Virus record (IMG/VR): IMGVR_UViG_3300013102_000002
Location: 110,511-174,510 of that record
DNA: 64,000 bases
Reading direction: 5' to 3' (one strand)
Source: a virus
Made by a program: the position numbers and the translations under genes. The notes beneath the pieces were generated by a model. It ran no database searches and was not told the DNA's origin. It was given only the letters and a program-made list of their open reading frames with translations. Shown piece after piece: positions 19,954 to 30,469 of this stretch (the stretch's first letter is position 1; the number at the start of each line of letters is the position of its first letter).

Positions 19954-20232
19954 ATGCCAAATAAGAAACTAAGAATCGCACACTTTCCACAAATCGGAGC
20001 AAAAGCATTCGAAGTAGAAGTGAGCAATCTACAAGAGGCCAGATTGCTCTATAACACGCTTGCAGATTATGACTTGTTCCAATACCATAATCAAATCAAA
20101 CCTGACTATGCCAATGCTACAGTCGTTCAGGAGTGGCTTGAGGAAGAGGGTGAATGGATTAGTTGGTCAGATGATAAAACAGGGATTGATGATATTAATG
20201 AGTATTTTGAATATTTAGAAGAGGTGAAATGA
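19954..20232 (+). CDS. P22 gp17-like ('superinfection exclusion') family protein
   Basis: LRIAHFPQI..K.F.VEV......L...LADYDLFQY.N.IKPDY.NA resembles that family, from recall. Confidence 0.6.
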   Translation: MPNKKLRIAHFPQIGAKAFEVEVSNLQEARLLYNTLADYDLFQYHNQIKPDYANATVVQEWLEEEGEWISWSDDKTGIDDINEYFEYLEEVK

Positions 20233-20567
20233 AAATGGCTGATAGATATTATTCGACATTGATTATGCATTATGTACCAGATGAAGTATTGGAAAAGTAT
20301 GGTGTGAAAAGAACACATAAGCAATTTCGTATCGTATGTAAGGCAAAATCAAGAGCCGCCGCCGAGAGATATGTCAAAGAAGTATTGGACATTAATGGTG
20401 GAAAAGTTTTTGATCCTAACTATACTTCTGAAACAGGTAACAAAGAAGCGATTGACGCTGCCGACAAATTCACAGGAGCAATATCACTAGGTAATATGGG
20501 ATCGGTTTATCATGACATGAAAGAAATACACAGAGAGATCGAAGAATTCAGAAACATGAAGAATTGA
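20229..20567 (+). CDS. hypothetical protein
   Basis: GAGGTG SD, ATGA coupling. Confidence 0.65.
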   Translation: MKMADRYYSTLIMHYVPDEVLEKYGVKRTHKQFRIVCKAKSRAAAERYVKEVLDINGGKVFDPNYTSETGNKEAIDAADKFTGAISLGNMGSVYHDMKEIHREIEEFRNMKN

Positions 20568-20574
20568 CAACTAG

Positions 20575-20634
20575 AAAACCCGCATAGAATAAGGGTTTTT
20601 TGATACATAAATCATGATAAAAGTGGCATTTCAT
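20575..20634. repeat. composite site: AAAACCC-N11-GGGTTTT palindrome, 21 bp, core repeat
   Basis: AAAACCCGCATAGAATAAGGGTTTTTT ... ATAAAA gtggca TTTCAT. Confidence 0.8.
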
Positions 20635-20655
20635 GAGAAGGGGAGAAATGAGCGT

Positions 20656-20859
20656 ATGACAACAATTTATGTCGTTACATATTGTGCTCCTTGGGCAGAG
20701 TATAATACCCAAAGGTCAAATACGAAGGCGTTTTATGATAAAGAAGAAGCTCAAGAATATATTAACCAAGAACTAAATAAAAAACATGAAAGTGGTCATG
20801 ATGAATATTTTAAAGGTATGAATGGTGATTATGAAATTGATGAAATTGAACTGATTTAA
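20656..20859 (+). CDS. hypothetical protein
   Basis: Start moved to the ATG after GGGAG; the ORF-track start runs through repeat site 20617. Confidence 0.6.
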   Translation: MTTIYVVTYCAPWAEYNTQRSNTKAFYDKEEAQEYINQELNKKHESGHDEYFKGMNGDYEIDEIELI

Positions 20860-21490
20860 TTGATTTAGATAATATTGGAAAGAAGGGATATTAATGAGCG
20901 TAATTACTACATACGATGAAAAAAGAGACAGACTCAGAGACGAACTTACGGATTGTCTAAAATTGGCTAAAGAGTTACTCGATGAGGACATTTGGGGATA
21001 CGATGAGATGAAAGATGATTATGCTATGAATGTTTATACGGCAGTAAAAAAGGCTAGAGATGCTGTGTAAAACACCGAATACATAAATGGGGTGATAAAA
21101 TGAATGAGGTAGAACTAACAGAATTTATAAAGAATAACCTTTCAATTGAGATTGAAGAGGACTACATATCCTATAGCGGGTCTGGCATCAGAGTGAATTT
21201 GGTCTTGAATGGTGAAAGGATTTCCACAGACTATATTGTTACCAACCAAGATTAGAATAATTACAAATATTTGATAAAGAAGAGGAGAGATGTTTATGTT
21301 TATGATGTTTATCTATGTTAATGGTACAGCACATAATAGTATGGGTATTCGCGGAGAATTGGATGAATTATACTTAATTGCAGAACAAGAAACAAAAAAG
21401 TTGTTTAAGACTAATCCACATGCCGAGATTTCAACAAAGATTACAAAATATATTTAAGATAAATCATACATTTCAACATGAAAAAGGAGA

Positions 21491-21841
21491 TTGATAAAAA
21501 TGGATATCAAAAACACTTTTAAGGTTGCTCAAGAAATTGCCGCACTCTCTACTAAATACGAGAATGAAGACATCGGCGATAATGAACAAGCAGAGATTCT
21601 TAACAAGAAATTTATTGATGAACTAGATATGTTGCACAGCAAACTCTTACAATTAAGTATGTACGCCACAGATAAACTACTTAATAAAACAGCAGTCAAC
21701 ACTAAAACTTATGAGCAACTGTCTTCATATTCTAACTTGAGTGTTTATTACATCTATGAAAACGAAGGACTTGCTCTTGTTGAAGATACAGGGATGGGTT
21801 TACATCTTGTTCCGTTGGACATTCTAAGGTTCGAAGATTAA
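21491..21841 (+). CDS. hypothetical protein
   Basis: Bounded by sites 21459 and 21849. Confidence 0.65.
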   Translation: MIKMDIKNTFKVAQEIAALSTKYENEDIGDNEQAEILNKKFIDELDMLHSKLLQLSMYATDKLLNKTAVNTKTYEQLSSYSNLSVYYIYENEGLALVEDTGMGLHLVPLDILRFED

Positions 21842-21892
21842 TATCTTGATTAAATTTTCTTTTGATTAAGAAAAGAAGAAAGGAGGATTCGT

Positions 21893-22090
21893 ATGAAATA
21901 TCTGTTAATCGAAAATTTAATGGGTGGATGCGCCTGGATTCTGAAGGAGTACCTAGATGAATTAGAGCTTCATGAAGTTTACAAGTTTATGAATTCGGGA
22001 ACATTTTCATCTGGAGATATTCAAAAATATATCGTTACTGAAGAAGATTTTAATAGGGAAATTGAGTCTGGAACGTTGCAGTATTTGTGA
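21893..22090 (+). CDS. hypothetical protein
   Basis: AAGGAGG SD; bounded by sites 21849 and 22098. Confidence 0.65.
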   Translation: MKYLLIENLMGGCAWILKEYLDELELHEVYKFMNSGTFSSGDIQKYIVTEEDFNREIESGTLQYL

Positions 22091-22201
22091 GTTGCTTATA
22101 AAATCTTTCTTTCAACAGGAATATTTTACCGCAAGCTACTTTGTGATAAATAAAGTATTATGGTGGGGTAAAATAATCCAATTTGAACGGAGAGATTTAT
22201 T

Positions 22202-22411
22202 ATGGATGATAAGACAGCAAAGATTCAACTGACTACATATAACCAATTTGGGGAATTTAGTTTTTATGTTGATCGTAAACAGATCCAGGATTATTTAGAC
22301 AGTAAGCTATCTAAAATAGAAGTCGATCAGTTTCTTGATATGTGTACGCTTAAGGATACTAGAATGCTATTTGATTGGATTAAAGAGAGTTCAGTAAAGA
22401 AAGTAGAATAG
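22202..22411 (+). CDS. hypothetical protein
   Basis: GGAG SD. Confidence 0.6.
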   Translation: MDDKTAKIQLTTYNQFGEFSFYVDRKQIQDYLDSKLSKIEVDQFLDMCTLKDTRMLFDWIKESSVKKVE

Positions 22412-22443
22412 TTAAAATTGAAATTAAAAAGGATGAGATAATA

Positions 22444-22653
22444 ATGACAGATAGAGTAAAGGGTTTATATGTGGTTCTGGATAATGATTATAGAGATGAT
22501 GATGTTCAAGAAATTATCAATGCAATTAAAATGATTAAAGGAGTTCAAGATGTTACAAATAGTATTGTTGATGGAGACGACTGGATGAATCGTTCGAGAA
22601 TTGGTTTTGAATTTCAAAGTAAAATACTTGATGTGCTGAAAGATTTGAAATAA
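22444..22653 (+). CDS. hypothetical protein
   Basis: ORF with SD. Confidence 0.65.
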   Translation: MTDRVKGLYVVLDNDYRDDDVQEIINAIKMIKGVQDVTNSIVDGDDWMNRSRIGFEFQSKILDVLKDLK

Positions 22654-22690
22654 CTTAAAGAAAACTTGATTTGATTAAAAAATAAAGGAG

Positions 22691-22978
22691 ATGACTAATT
22701 TGATTTCAAAGGAAACATTAGATGAATTATCTGAATTCGAAAAATTTAATGAGTGTTATTATCGACCACTTACTTATAATGGCTATGCTACTCTGGCTTG
22801 TATGCAATGGTTCGATGAATACGATTGTGATGAAAAACGATTCTTCAGAGATGAAAATGATGACAAATATCGCTTTTCAAACAAGGAAGAGGGGATTGAG
22901 TGGCTGTTTAACAATATCAAAGCTGATAAAATAGATCCTGAATATCAAGAATACAATCATGATCATTTTTACAAATAA
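22691..22978 (+). CDS. hypothetical protein
   Basis: Lies between sites 22658 and 23032. Confidence 0.65.
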   Translation: MTNLISKETLDELSEFEKFNECYYRPLTYNGYATLACMQWFDEYDCDEKRFFRDENDDKYRFSNKEEGIEWLFNNIKADKIDPEYQEYNHDHFYK

Positions 22979-22989
22979 TGAAGAAACCA

Positions 22990-23049
22990 AAAACCCTTAT
23001 AAACACTGGACTTTTTAATCACTAAAAGCGCATGAAAGCCCGATTTTAT
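22990..23049. repeat. composite site (accessory palindrome plus core repeat)
   Basis: AAAACCCTTATAAACACTGGA, 21 bp, ATGAAA gcccga TTTTAT. Confidence 0.75.
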
Positions 23050-23066
23050 CAAGAGAGGAGAATATA

Positions 23067-23924
23067 ATGGATACGGAATACTTGGATAAATTAAGCCAAA
23101 TTATTATAAACGAAGGCTTACGTGACACCTGGAAGACCCAAGAAAGACTGAAGGCATTAAATAAAATACACCCATCTGATACTGTTATTTATCACTCGGA
23201 AAACATCAGAGGTAAGTGTATTGTGTATTATGGAAGTATTTCCGACCTAGGAAGCATAGGCACATATGAATTTAAGTTGGGGAAGATTAAGAAAGAAGAA
23301 ACAATTAGTGGCGTTCTGAAATTGAAGGCGTGGGAAAATCAATTCAATAAAACAATACATAAACAGAAGCCGAATCTAGCAATGATTAAGGAAGATATTT
23401 TGAACTGGACTAAAAAAAGCAAGAACGAAAAACACAAAAAACAATTTCTCAACACTCTAAGTGTTCATTATAAATACACTGGACAAATTATTGTTTTCTA
23501 TAAAGAATTTAATGGAGAAGCAAAAAAAATAAAACCTATCTACAAAATGTTTGAAGACGTTAGCGTAGAAGAGCTATATACATACGCAAAAACAAAGAGT
23601 AAAGAATTTTGGAATCGTGAATTTACTGGCACGATCAAATATGTTAAGACCTTTTGGAACAATCAATTAGGAGTGTACTTCCCGGAATTTGAAACAATCA
23701 GATTTAGCGAATACATGAATGGCACACAATCAAAAGAAAAGATATTCGATACATTAATTCACGAACTTGTTCATTGGCATTTGCACACTTCCGGGAGTAA
23801 ATATGCCGATGAAGATTTTGAATTCATCGAAGAATGTTTGCGTGTCGGCTGTGGTTTATCAAATGCTGCTGGAGCGCAAAGAGCTTATAGAGAGTATTTA
23901 AATAGTAAAAATAAGGTTGTGTGA
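23067..23924 (+). CDS. SprT-like zinc metalloprotease domain protein
   Basis: LGVY...I.FS...TLIHELVHW (HExxH). Confidence 0.75.
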   Translation: MDTEYLDKLSQIIINEGLRDTWKTQERLKALNKIHPSDTVIYHSENIRGKCIVYYGSISDLGSIGTYEFKLGKIKKEETISGVLKLKAWENQFNKTIHKQKPNLAMIKEDILNWTKKSKNEKHKKQFLNTLSVHYKYTGQIIVFYKEFNGEAKKIKPIYKMFEDVSVEELYTYAKTKSKEFWNREFTGTIKYVKTFWNNQLGVYFPEFETIRFSEYMNGTQSKEKIFDTLIHELVHWHLHTSGSKYADEDFEFIEECLRVGCGLSNAAGAQRAYREYLNSKNKVV

Positions 23925-23927
23925 GTA

Positions 23928-24206
23928 ATGGGTGTCTGGGGAGAAATGTTATACCAAGTTAGTACAAAAACGTTAAAGATAAGAGCGCTTGAACTCAGAG
24001 ATGAGATTGAAATTAAACCGAAGCGAAAATTGAAGAAAGAGTTAAAGGAAATTCTTGATGAAATTGAATATCAAGAAGGCAGACTGCAATATGCCAATAG
24101 GCCATATAGTTTTCCAACTGCAAAATTACCCATTCCTGGAACGGAGCTAATTGAACATGACTTGGATTGTGATTGTGGATGTTGGCTGAAGATATTTAAT
24201 AAATAA
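23928..24206 (+). CDS. hypothetical protein
   Basis: ORF with CDCGC motif. Confidence 0.55.
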   Translation: MGVWGEMLYQVSTKTLKIRALELRDEIEIKPKRKLKKELKEILDEIEYQEGRLQYANRPYSFPTAKLPIPGTELIEHDLDCDCGCWLKIFNK

Positions 24207-24240
24207 ATATATGTACAATAATAATATAATGTGTTATGAT
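24195..24240 (+). promoter_or_regulatory. sigma-A-like promoter with upstream box
   Basis: TTTAATAAATAAATAT, then TGTACA(24212)-17-TATGAT(24235), extended TG. Confidence 0.7.
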
Positions 24241-24268
24241 GAACTTGTGAGACAATACATATGAGGAG

Positions 24269-25093
24269 ATGGATATATTAATGATTAAAATTGAAGGCAA
24301 GAAGCATGAAGAGTTTATTCAAGAATTATGCGATACATATGGTAAGCTTAAGTTTGATCCAGATAATAGCGGACTAAAAAATGATTACGAAGGTCTTAAG
24401 AAGATTATCTTGGAACGGATGAATTCTTATTCTATTGTAGATAGTGTGGAACTTTCTGAACTACTCACTCTAGAAGATATTATTGTTAATGGAGATCAGA
24501 TTGATCAAGTGTTCAATAAACTTAATGAATATTTAGATGAGCACGTTCATTCACCAAAGAATTTGTGCAGCAAGGATAATGCTGTTTTTATTCTGATGAT
24601 GGATAATTCTGGATCTATGGGTTCGTATGAAAGGTATATGGCAAAAGCAATGGTTACTTGGAGCAGACTCTTACTTGGAGACAGATATAATAAAGTCAAA
24701 ATGGAGTATATTGTTCATAATACAAAAGCCGAAAGCGTAAGCGAGGATGCATTTCTAAATAGTACAGAATCTGGAGGAACGATTGCATCATCTACTTATG
24801 TACGCTGCCTAGAAATAATCAATTCGACTGATTATAAGAATAAAGATATTTATGTTATGCATATATCTGATGGGGATAATCTTACTTCAGATAATTCGAG
24901 AACTGAGAATTATCTATATGACATTTTAAATAAAGTAAATCAAGTTCATTATGTAGAAACAAATCAATATAATAGAAGCAGTACTTTAATGCAAGTCTTT
25001 AAGAAGGTTAATAACAATAAGTTTATTAAGTCAACAATTAAAGATAAGAGCGATGTTCTCAAGGCAATTCTTGATGCATATGTAATCGCTTAG
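24269..25093 (+). CDS. YhbH/YeaH (DUF444)-like vWA-domain protein
   Basis: AVFILMMDNSGSMG.YERYMAK, ESGGTIASS and HISDGDNL.SDN match the YhbH C-terminal vWA domain. Confidence 0.8.
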   Translation: MDILMIKIEGKKHEEFIQELCDTYGKLKFDPDNSGLKNDYEGLKKIILERMNSYSIVDSVELSELLTLEDIIVNGDQIDQVFNKLNEYLDEHVHSPKNLCSKDNAVFILMMDNSGSMGSYERYMAKAMVTWSRLLLGDRYNKVKMEYIVHNTKAESVSEDAFLNSTESGGTIASSTYVRCLEIINSTDYKNKDIYVMHISDGDNLTSDNSRTENYLYDILNKVNQVHYVETNQYNRSSTLMQVFKKVNNNKFIKSTIKDKSDVLKAILDAYVIA

Positions 25094-25143
25094 TAGATTA
25101 CATGAAAGTTCTGTTTTATCAAGAAAAAAGGGAGTGGGTATTT

Positions 25144-25326
25144 GTGGAACATCATGATTGTGAGAGCAATATTTATTATGCTGGGACACCTGTAAATAAG
25201 TGGTTTCTTTTGGTCGAGGGCAGCTCGTGGGATACATATACTGACGGATTTGAAGTAATTAATGTTGAAATCAGTTATTGCCCTCACTGTGGAGCAAAAT
25301 TGGAAACGATTAGTGAAGCTGTATAA
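25144..25326 (+). CDS. small zinc-ribbon protein
   Basis: ISYCPHCG.KL; GTG start after GGGAG; bounded by sites 25102 and 25326. Confidence 0.6.
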   Translation: MEHHDCESNIYYAGTPVNKWFLLVEGSSWDTYTDGFEVINVEISYCPHCGAKLETISEAV

Positions 25327-25379
25327 TGAAATCTCAGTTTTATAAGGAATAAAAATAATTATAATAAGGAGAATTAAAA

Positions 25380-26126
25380 ATGACAATTGAAAAAAGTATT
25401 CAGGATGTAATTCAATCTAAACTAGAAGAGGGCTTAGTTGAGAAGTTGGTGGCTGAACAACTTGAAAAAGGTATTACAAAAGCTCTCGAAAGTTTATTTG
25501 GATCATATGGTGATGTTACAAAGATTCTGGAAAAGCAAATTAAATCGGTTATGGTTCCATTTCTTGAAGCTTATGATTATTCAGAATACATAGTGAAATT
25601 AGATGATGTGCTGGTTGAGGTTCTAAAAAATACAACAATGGAAAATAAATCAATCCTTAATAATTTTAAAGAATTAATGACTATTGATGAAAAAGTAAAG
25701 GAAATTAAACTAACTGATCTATTTACTAAGTGGACAGAATATGTGGCTAAAAATGTTGATACAAGTGATTTGGAAGTTTGCTACGATGACGGTGTAAGTT
25801 ATGAAAATGTCGATGTTCGTTTTAATGTTGATTATAACGAAGATAACAGTTGGAGTAGTTTTGAATACGCCGTGCTAACATTTGAATGTGAACAAGATGA
25901 GGAAATGAATTTTGCAATTAGATTGCATCGATGGAAGAACGGAAGAGATAAGAGTTGGGACATCGACTACGACAAAGTTAACGATTTGAAGTCACTAAAA
26001 CATGTCAACCATTTTGAAATACTTTTGATGAAGCTTAAACAGAGTTTTACAAAATTAATAATTGATGAAGATTGTGATTCTGACGAGGTTCAACCAGAGG
26101 CCGAACCAGAGGCATCATTCAGTTAA
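25380..26126 (+). CDS. hypothetical phage protein
   Basis: 248-aa ORF, AAGGAG SD; bounded by sites 25326 and 26133. Confidence 0.8.
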   Translation: MTIEKSIQDVIQSKLEEGLVEKLVAEQLEKGITKALESLFGSYGDVTKILEKQIKSVMVPFLEAYDYSEYIVKLDDVLVEVLKNTTMENKSILNNFKELMTIDEKVKEIKLTDLFTKWTEYVAKNVDTSDLEVCYDDGVSYENVDVRFNVDYNEDNSWSSFEYAVLTFECEQDEEMNFAIRLHRWKNGRDKSWDIDYDKVNDLKSLKHVNHFEILLMKLKQSFTKLIIDEDCDSDEVQPEAEPEASFS

Positions 26127-26196
26127 GGATTCATGAAACCCTCATTTCATAAGGAATTTAAAAGTAAAAATACATAATTAGTCAAAGGGGATAGAT

Positions 26197-26436
26197 ATGT
26201 TTAACAACAAGCCTAGCTGCTATGAAACAAAAGTTTTTGTTAAAAAGGGTGATTTGTTAATTGCTAATACTTCTGAATTTGATTTAACAGAAGGACGAAT
26301 ATATATGGTAATCAAAAATCAGGGCGAAGGTACATTTGGGGATTGTTTTTATATTGTTAACGACAAAGAAAATACACAAGATTATTCTGGAGAATATTTT
26401 TGCCATTATGAGGGTGAATTAGTCACATTCGACTAA
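26197..26436 (+). CDS. hypothetical protein
   Basis: Lies between sites 26133 and 26499. Confidence 0.6.
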   Translation: MFNNKPSCYETKVFVKKGDLLIANTSEFDLTEGRIYMVIKNQGEGTFGDCFYIVNDKENTQDYSGEYFCHYEGELVTFD

Positions 26437-26441
26437 CATTT

Positions 26442-26488
26442 TGTCTATATATAGTATTTATACTTGAGAATATATCTATATATAGACA
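26442..26488. promoter_or_regulatory. tandem NrdR-box-like palindromes (CTATATATAG twice, 31 bp apart)
   Basis: TGTCTATATATAGTAT and TATCTATATATAGACA. Confidence 0.45.
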
Positions 26489-26912
26489 TGAAAACCACAT
26501 GAAAGAGGTATTTTATTAAAACATGAAAAGGAGTGGATTGATTTGAAAATTATGAATACAGGAAGTCTGGTTTTCGAAGAAATCGGAGCAAACATTTATG
26601 TAATGGGAGCTAACCGATATGGGAAAATAGATAATGCGGTATATTCAAAAGAAGATTTTAAAGACCTAGAAAAAATGGGATATATGATTGAAATTAGAAA
26701 GTAAAAAATAAAAATAATAGGAGAGGTGAAATATAATGCATCAAGAAAGAGTTCAGAAATTTCTACAAAAACTTGATCAACTTACTGAAGATTTTGGTAT
26801 TTATATCGATCTTGATTATAAGAGCAATGTTAAATTAAAAGATTCTGAAACAGATGAAGTGCTCGGAAATGACTTTTGTTTTGCAGAGGAACTTGGTTAT
26901 GAATGTTATTGA

Positions 26913-27224
26913 ATGGAGCGATACATTGTGTCGATAGTTTATTTACCCGATAATTCACTTGAGATTATTACCGACAACCACGATCTAGTCAAACTTATCA
27001 AGCAGCATATGGGATATGAGACCGCTCAACTCGTAGAGGAATTGTCCGAAGCAATCACGGCAGAAGAAGATTACGAAGAAAGACTTGAAGATAATCAATT
27101 CGCTTTTGATGTGCTCGATGATCATATCGACTTTCTATTGAATGAACTGGAAAGATTAGAGATAAGTGAATCAATAACAAATGTCGTGAAGAAGATGAAA
27201 AGAGTTGTGGAGAGTCAAATGTAA
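26913..27224 (+). CDS. hypothetical protein
   Basis: ORF just upstream of the replication genes. Confidence 0.6.
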   Translation: MERYIVSIVYLPDNSLEIITDNHDLVKLIKQHMGYETAQLVEELSEAITAEEDYEERLEDNQFAFDVLDDHIDFLLNELERLEISESITNVVKKMKRVVESQM

Positions 27225-27236
27225 GGAGGTGATAAA

Positions 27237-27836
27237 TTGGCTGAACGATTGTTGAAATGTCCTATCTGTGAGCAATATGGTCATAAAGATAAGATGACCA
27301 GAGAGACAGATAAAAAGTATTATCACAATGAATACTGTCACGATAGATATTTACGCGACAAAGCATTCAAACAGAAGGAAAGGGAAGAAATGGATAGTCT
27401 TATTAATACAATAGTGAGGCTCCATAAACTTCAAAGCGTAGCTACATTTCCACGAACATTCTATCCATTCATCCAGGAACTACGCAATGACTCTGTGTTG
27501 TTCGGTAAGATCGAACGAAGATACAAAGAAGGTCTTACATATAAGACGATTGAGGATACATATCTGTACTGTGCTGAAAAGATAGAATGGGCAAAAGGCA
27601 ACAAGGAATTCAAGAACGTAATGAGTGAGTTGAAATATTGTTTCGCTATTGTTAAGAATAATATCGAGAATTATTTCAGGGATGGTAAGAAAATATCTAA
27701 GCAAAAAGCAGAGACTGAAATATTGACTAGTCATGTTGAATCAATGAGAGATGTGAACAAAGTTATTATCGCAGCTCAAAATAAAGCAGTCCAAAATAAT
27801 GAAGATAAAATAGATATAACATCGTTGTTCGACTAA
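27237..27836 (+). CDS. putative helicase loader / replication protein (SPbeta YorH-like position)
   Basis: N-terminal KCPIC...YYH..YC zinc motif; directly upstream of dnaB. Confidence 0.55.
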   Translation: MAERLLKCPICEQYGHKDKMTRETDKKYYHNEYCHDRYLRDKAFKQKEREEMDSLINTIVRLHKLQSVATFPRTFYPFIQELRNDSVLFGKIERRYKEGLTYKTIEDTYLYCAEKIEWAKGNKEFKNVMSELKYCFAIVKNNIENYFRDGKKISKQKAETEILTSHVESMRDVNKVIIAAQNKAVQNNEDKIDITSLFD

Positions 27837-27850
27837 AGGAAGGTGATATT

Positions 27851-29383
27851 ATTTCTGAGGAATTGTCTAAGATTGAAGATTTGGGATCAGAGATGTTTAT
27901 CATTGGAAGCATGTATCTCAACCCAGACCTGTTTTTGGATTATGGAGAACTAATTAAGTCCAAGTATGATTTCAATCAACCATCAAATAAGTTTTTGTAC
28001 GACTCCATAATGGATTTGTATAGTCAACACGCAGGAACAGAAATTAATCAAATTAAAATAAATACATATATGAATTCAGATCCAGAGAGAAAAGCAAAAT
28101 ACGAATATTTAAAGGGGTATTCAATCATTGACCGCCTAACAAGAGTGGTTGATTTGGATGATTTCCCTCTATATTATGAAAAACTTAAGAAGTATTCACT
28201 GCTTCGTGAGTTTGAAAGAAAAGGGTTCCCCGTACAAAAGTTAATGGGTAGAAAAGACTTTGACAAAATCGGGACAGAAGAGATTATCAAAGGTATGGAG
28301 TACCAAATTAATACGATTGGAACTGTAATTGGTGGTGTTCAAGACAGCATTATTCTTGGTCACAATATGCCGGAGAAGATTGATGAGTGGAAACTAACTC
28401 CTGATGTTGGTATTCCCATTCCATTCCAAATCATCAATTCACTTCTTCGTGGACTAAGAGGTAAAAAGTTTAATCTATTCGGGATGCATAGTGGATGTGG
28501 GAAAAGTCGTACCACTAGCAAACTTGCTTGTTACCTTGGAATTAAGTTGGGTATTCCGGTGTTGGTACTTGTGAATGAACAGGACGAGGCGGAATGGTTG
28601 GGAATGCAGATTAGTTGCGTTCTGAATAATCCTGAGTTTGGATTCGATGTTCAGATGAAACGCCGAGGAATTGACCTGATTGACGAAACAAAGATTGTTA
28701 CCGGAACACTCAATGAGCAAGAAGAGGAGATTGTTAAAGAGGCAGCGCAATACATAAAGAAAAATAGTAAGATTTATTTTCTTGAATTGAATAAATATGA
28801 TGAAAACACTTTAAAAAGACAGATTAAACGACATAAACTTAGAAATTGTCAATTGATTATATATGACACAATGAAAGCACCAGATCATGACTGGATGACA
28901 TTTGTTAAAACTGCCGACATGCTTAAGGAAGTCGCAAGCACAGAAGATATTCCAGTTTGGTCTACATTCCAATTAACGGACGATAGTTTGTTCAATGACA
29001 TGCTAACTAGTCAGGCCATTGCTAACGGCAAACACATTAAACACGTTGCCGATGCACTTATGATGGCAAAACCAATTTCTCGTGACCAATATGATAAATT
29101 TGTTATTTACAATCCAAATGACCCCTTTGTTGGAGAATCCACCACTCAACTTGAAATGCATATAAATTATTATATGGTAGTAATTGACAAAAATAGAGGA
29201 GGTAAAGACAAAGATATTCTCTGTTTTGAAGTTGATAAAGGCAAAAACTTGTGGATTGAACGAGGATATTTAGTTCCATCTCAAGGAGAGAAGGAATTGA
29301 AAGCACTCAAGAAAGAAAACAAGAAACTCAAAACAGAGCAAGAAGTGGTTAAGTTGAGAAAGGCTTTAAACAAAGAAGAATAA
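27851..29383 (+). CDS. dnaB: DnaB-like replicative helicase (SPbeta YorI-like); probable ATT start
   Basis: Walker A GMHSGCGKS, NEQ, Walker B IIYDTMK, TFQL, IDKNRGG. Confidence 0.9.
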   Translation: MSEELSKIEDLGSEMFIIGSMYLNPDLFLDYGELIKSKYDFNQPSNKFLYDSIMDLYSQHAGTEINQIKINTYMNSDPERKAKYEYLKGYSIIDRLTRVVDLDDFPLYYEKLKKYSLLREFERKGFPVQKLMGRKDFDKIGTEEIIKGMEYQINTIGTVIGGVQDSIILGHNMPEKIDEWKLTPDVGIPIPFQIINSLLRGLRGKKFNLFGMHSGCGKSRTTSKLACYLGIKLGIPVLVLVNEQDEAEWLGMQISCVLNNPEFGFDVQMKRRGIDLIDETKIVTGTLNEQEEEIVKEAAQYIKKNSKIYFLELNKYDENTLKRQIKRHKLRNCQLIIYDTMKAPDHDWMTFVKTADMLKEVASTEDIPVWSTFQLTDDSLFNDMLTSQAIANGKHIKHVADALMMAKPISRDQYDKFVIYNPNDPFVGESTTQLEMHINYYMVVIDKNRGGKDKDILCFEVDKGKNLWIERGYLVPSQGEKELKALKKENKKLKTEQEVVKLRKALNKEE

Positions 29384-29401
29384 TCCAAGAGGTGATATAA
29401 A

Positions 29402-30439
29402 ATTGATGCTCAAACTTTAAAAGAAAACATAATAAGAGACAATAAAGTTGCTGATATTTTAACATCTCTTGGATGTCACATTAATGAACGAATGTCAGAT
29501 CATACAGAGATACGTTCTACGAGACCGGGGGGAGACAATCCCTCCAGTCTTCAAGTTTTTACCGATTCATTATTAGTGAACTGTTACACAGAAACAATCC
29601 CAAAGTTGTCAAATGGGCATCCAGATATAATTACACTCGTACAACATTATAAAGAAATGTCATTTTCAAAAGCGCTGTACTATATTTGTGAGGTATGCGG
29701 CTACAGTTATTACTCTGACTACAAACCTGTAAAAGAAGAAGTTGATCCGTGCCTTGCATTTTTAGATTTAATTGAACCTAAATCAGAACATCACGATGAA
29801 GTACCATTGAGAAAAATAGATGAACAAGTATTAAACATGTATCTTCCAATACCCAATCAATGGTTCCTGGATGAAGGAATAAGCGTAGATGTTCAGAGAC
29901 TTTTCGAAGTTGGATATTCAATAAATGATAATTGTATAACTATTCCGATTAGAGACGAACTTGGGTCATTGGTTGGAGTAAAGGGAAGAACAACACTGGA
30001 TCATAAAGCGCTAAAAACATCGAAGTATTGGTATCTCATTCCTACCCCCAAGAGCCAGATTCTATATGGATTAGATAAGACCTACGATCATATCAAGGAT
30101 TCTGGTAGGGTAATCGTGTTTGAGGCTGAGAAGAGTGTACAGAAGGCGTGGAGTTGTGGAATCAAGAATTCTGTGAGCATTGGCGGTCATGAACTAAGCG
30201 AGACTCAAATATTGAAACTGGAACGCATGGGAGTTGAGGTTGTTCTTGCATTTGACAACAACATAACCAGCCAAGAAATTAAGGAAGAGGCTGCTAAATT
30301 TGTTGTCAGAGATAGCGTAAGATGTCTGTTTGCTCACAAGAACAAGGGAATTATGGGAGAGAAGGATGCGCCGATTGATCTGGGGGCAGAGTTTTTCATG
30401 AAATTGATGAACGAGGATAAATATAAGATACCAGTTTAA
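29402..30439 (+). CDS. dnaG: DNA primase (TOPRIM; SPbeta YorJ-like); probable ATT start
   Basis: ITIPIRDELG.LVG.KGR, LYGL, VFEAEKS and LAFDN; frame open back to ATT 29402 behind a GAGGTG SD. Confidence 0.9.
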   Translation: MDAQTLKENIIRDNKVADILTSLGCHINERMSDHTEIRSTRPGGDNPSSLQVFTDSLLVNCYTETIPKLSNGHPDIITLVQHYKEMSFSKALYYICEVCGYSYYSDYKPVKEEVDPCLAFLDLIEPKSEHHDEVPLRKIDEQVLNMYLPIPNQWFLDEGISVDVQRLFEVGYSINDNCITIPIRDELGSLVGVKGRTTLDHKALKTSKYWYLIPTPKSQILYGLDKTYDHIKDSGRVIVFEAEKSVQKAWSCGIKNSVSIGGHELSETQILKLERMGVEVVLAFDNNITSQEIKEEAAKFVVRDSVRCLFAHKNKGIMGEKDAPIDLGAEFFMKLMNEDKYKIPV

Positions 30440-30469
30440 ATCAAATATAGGTTTTATCAAAAGAAAGAG

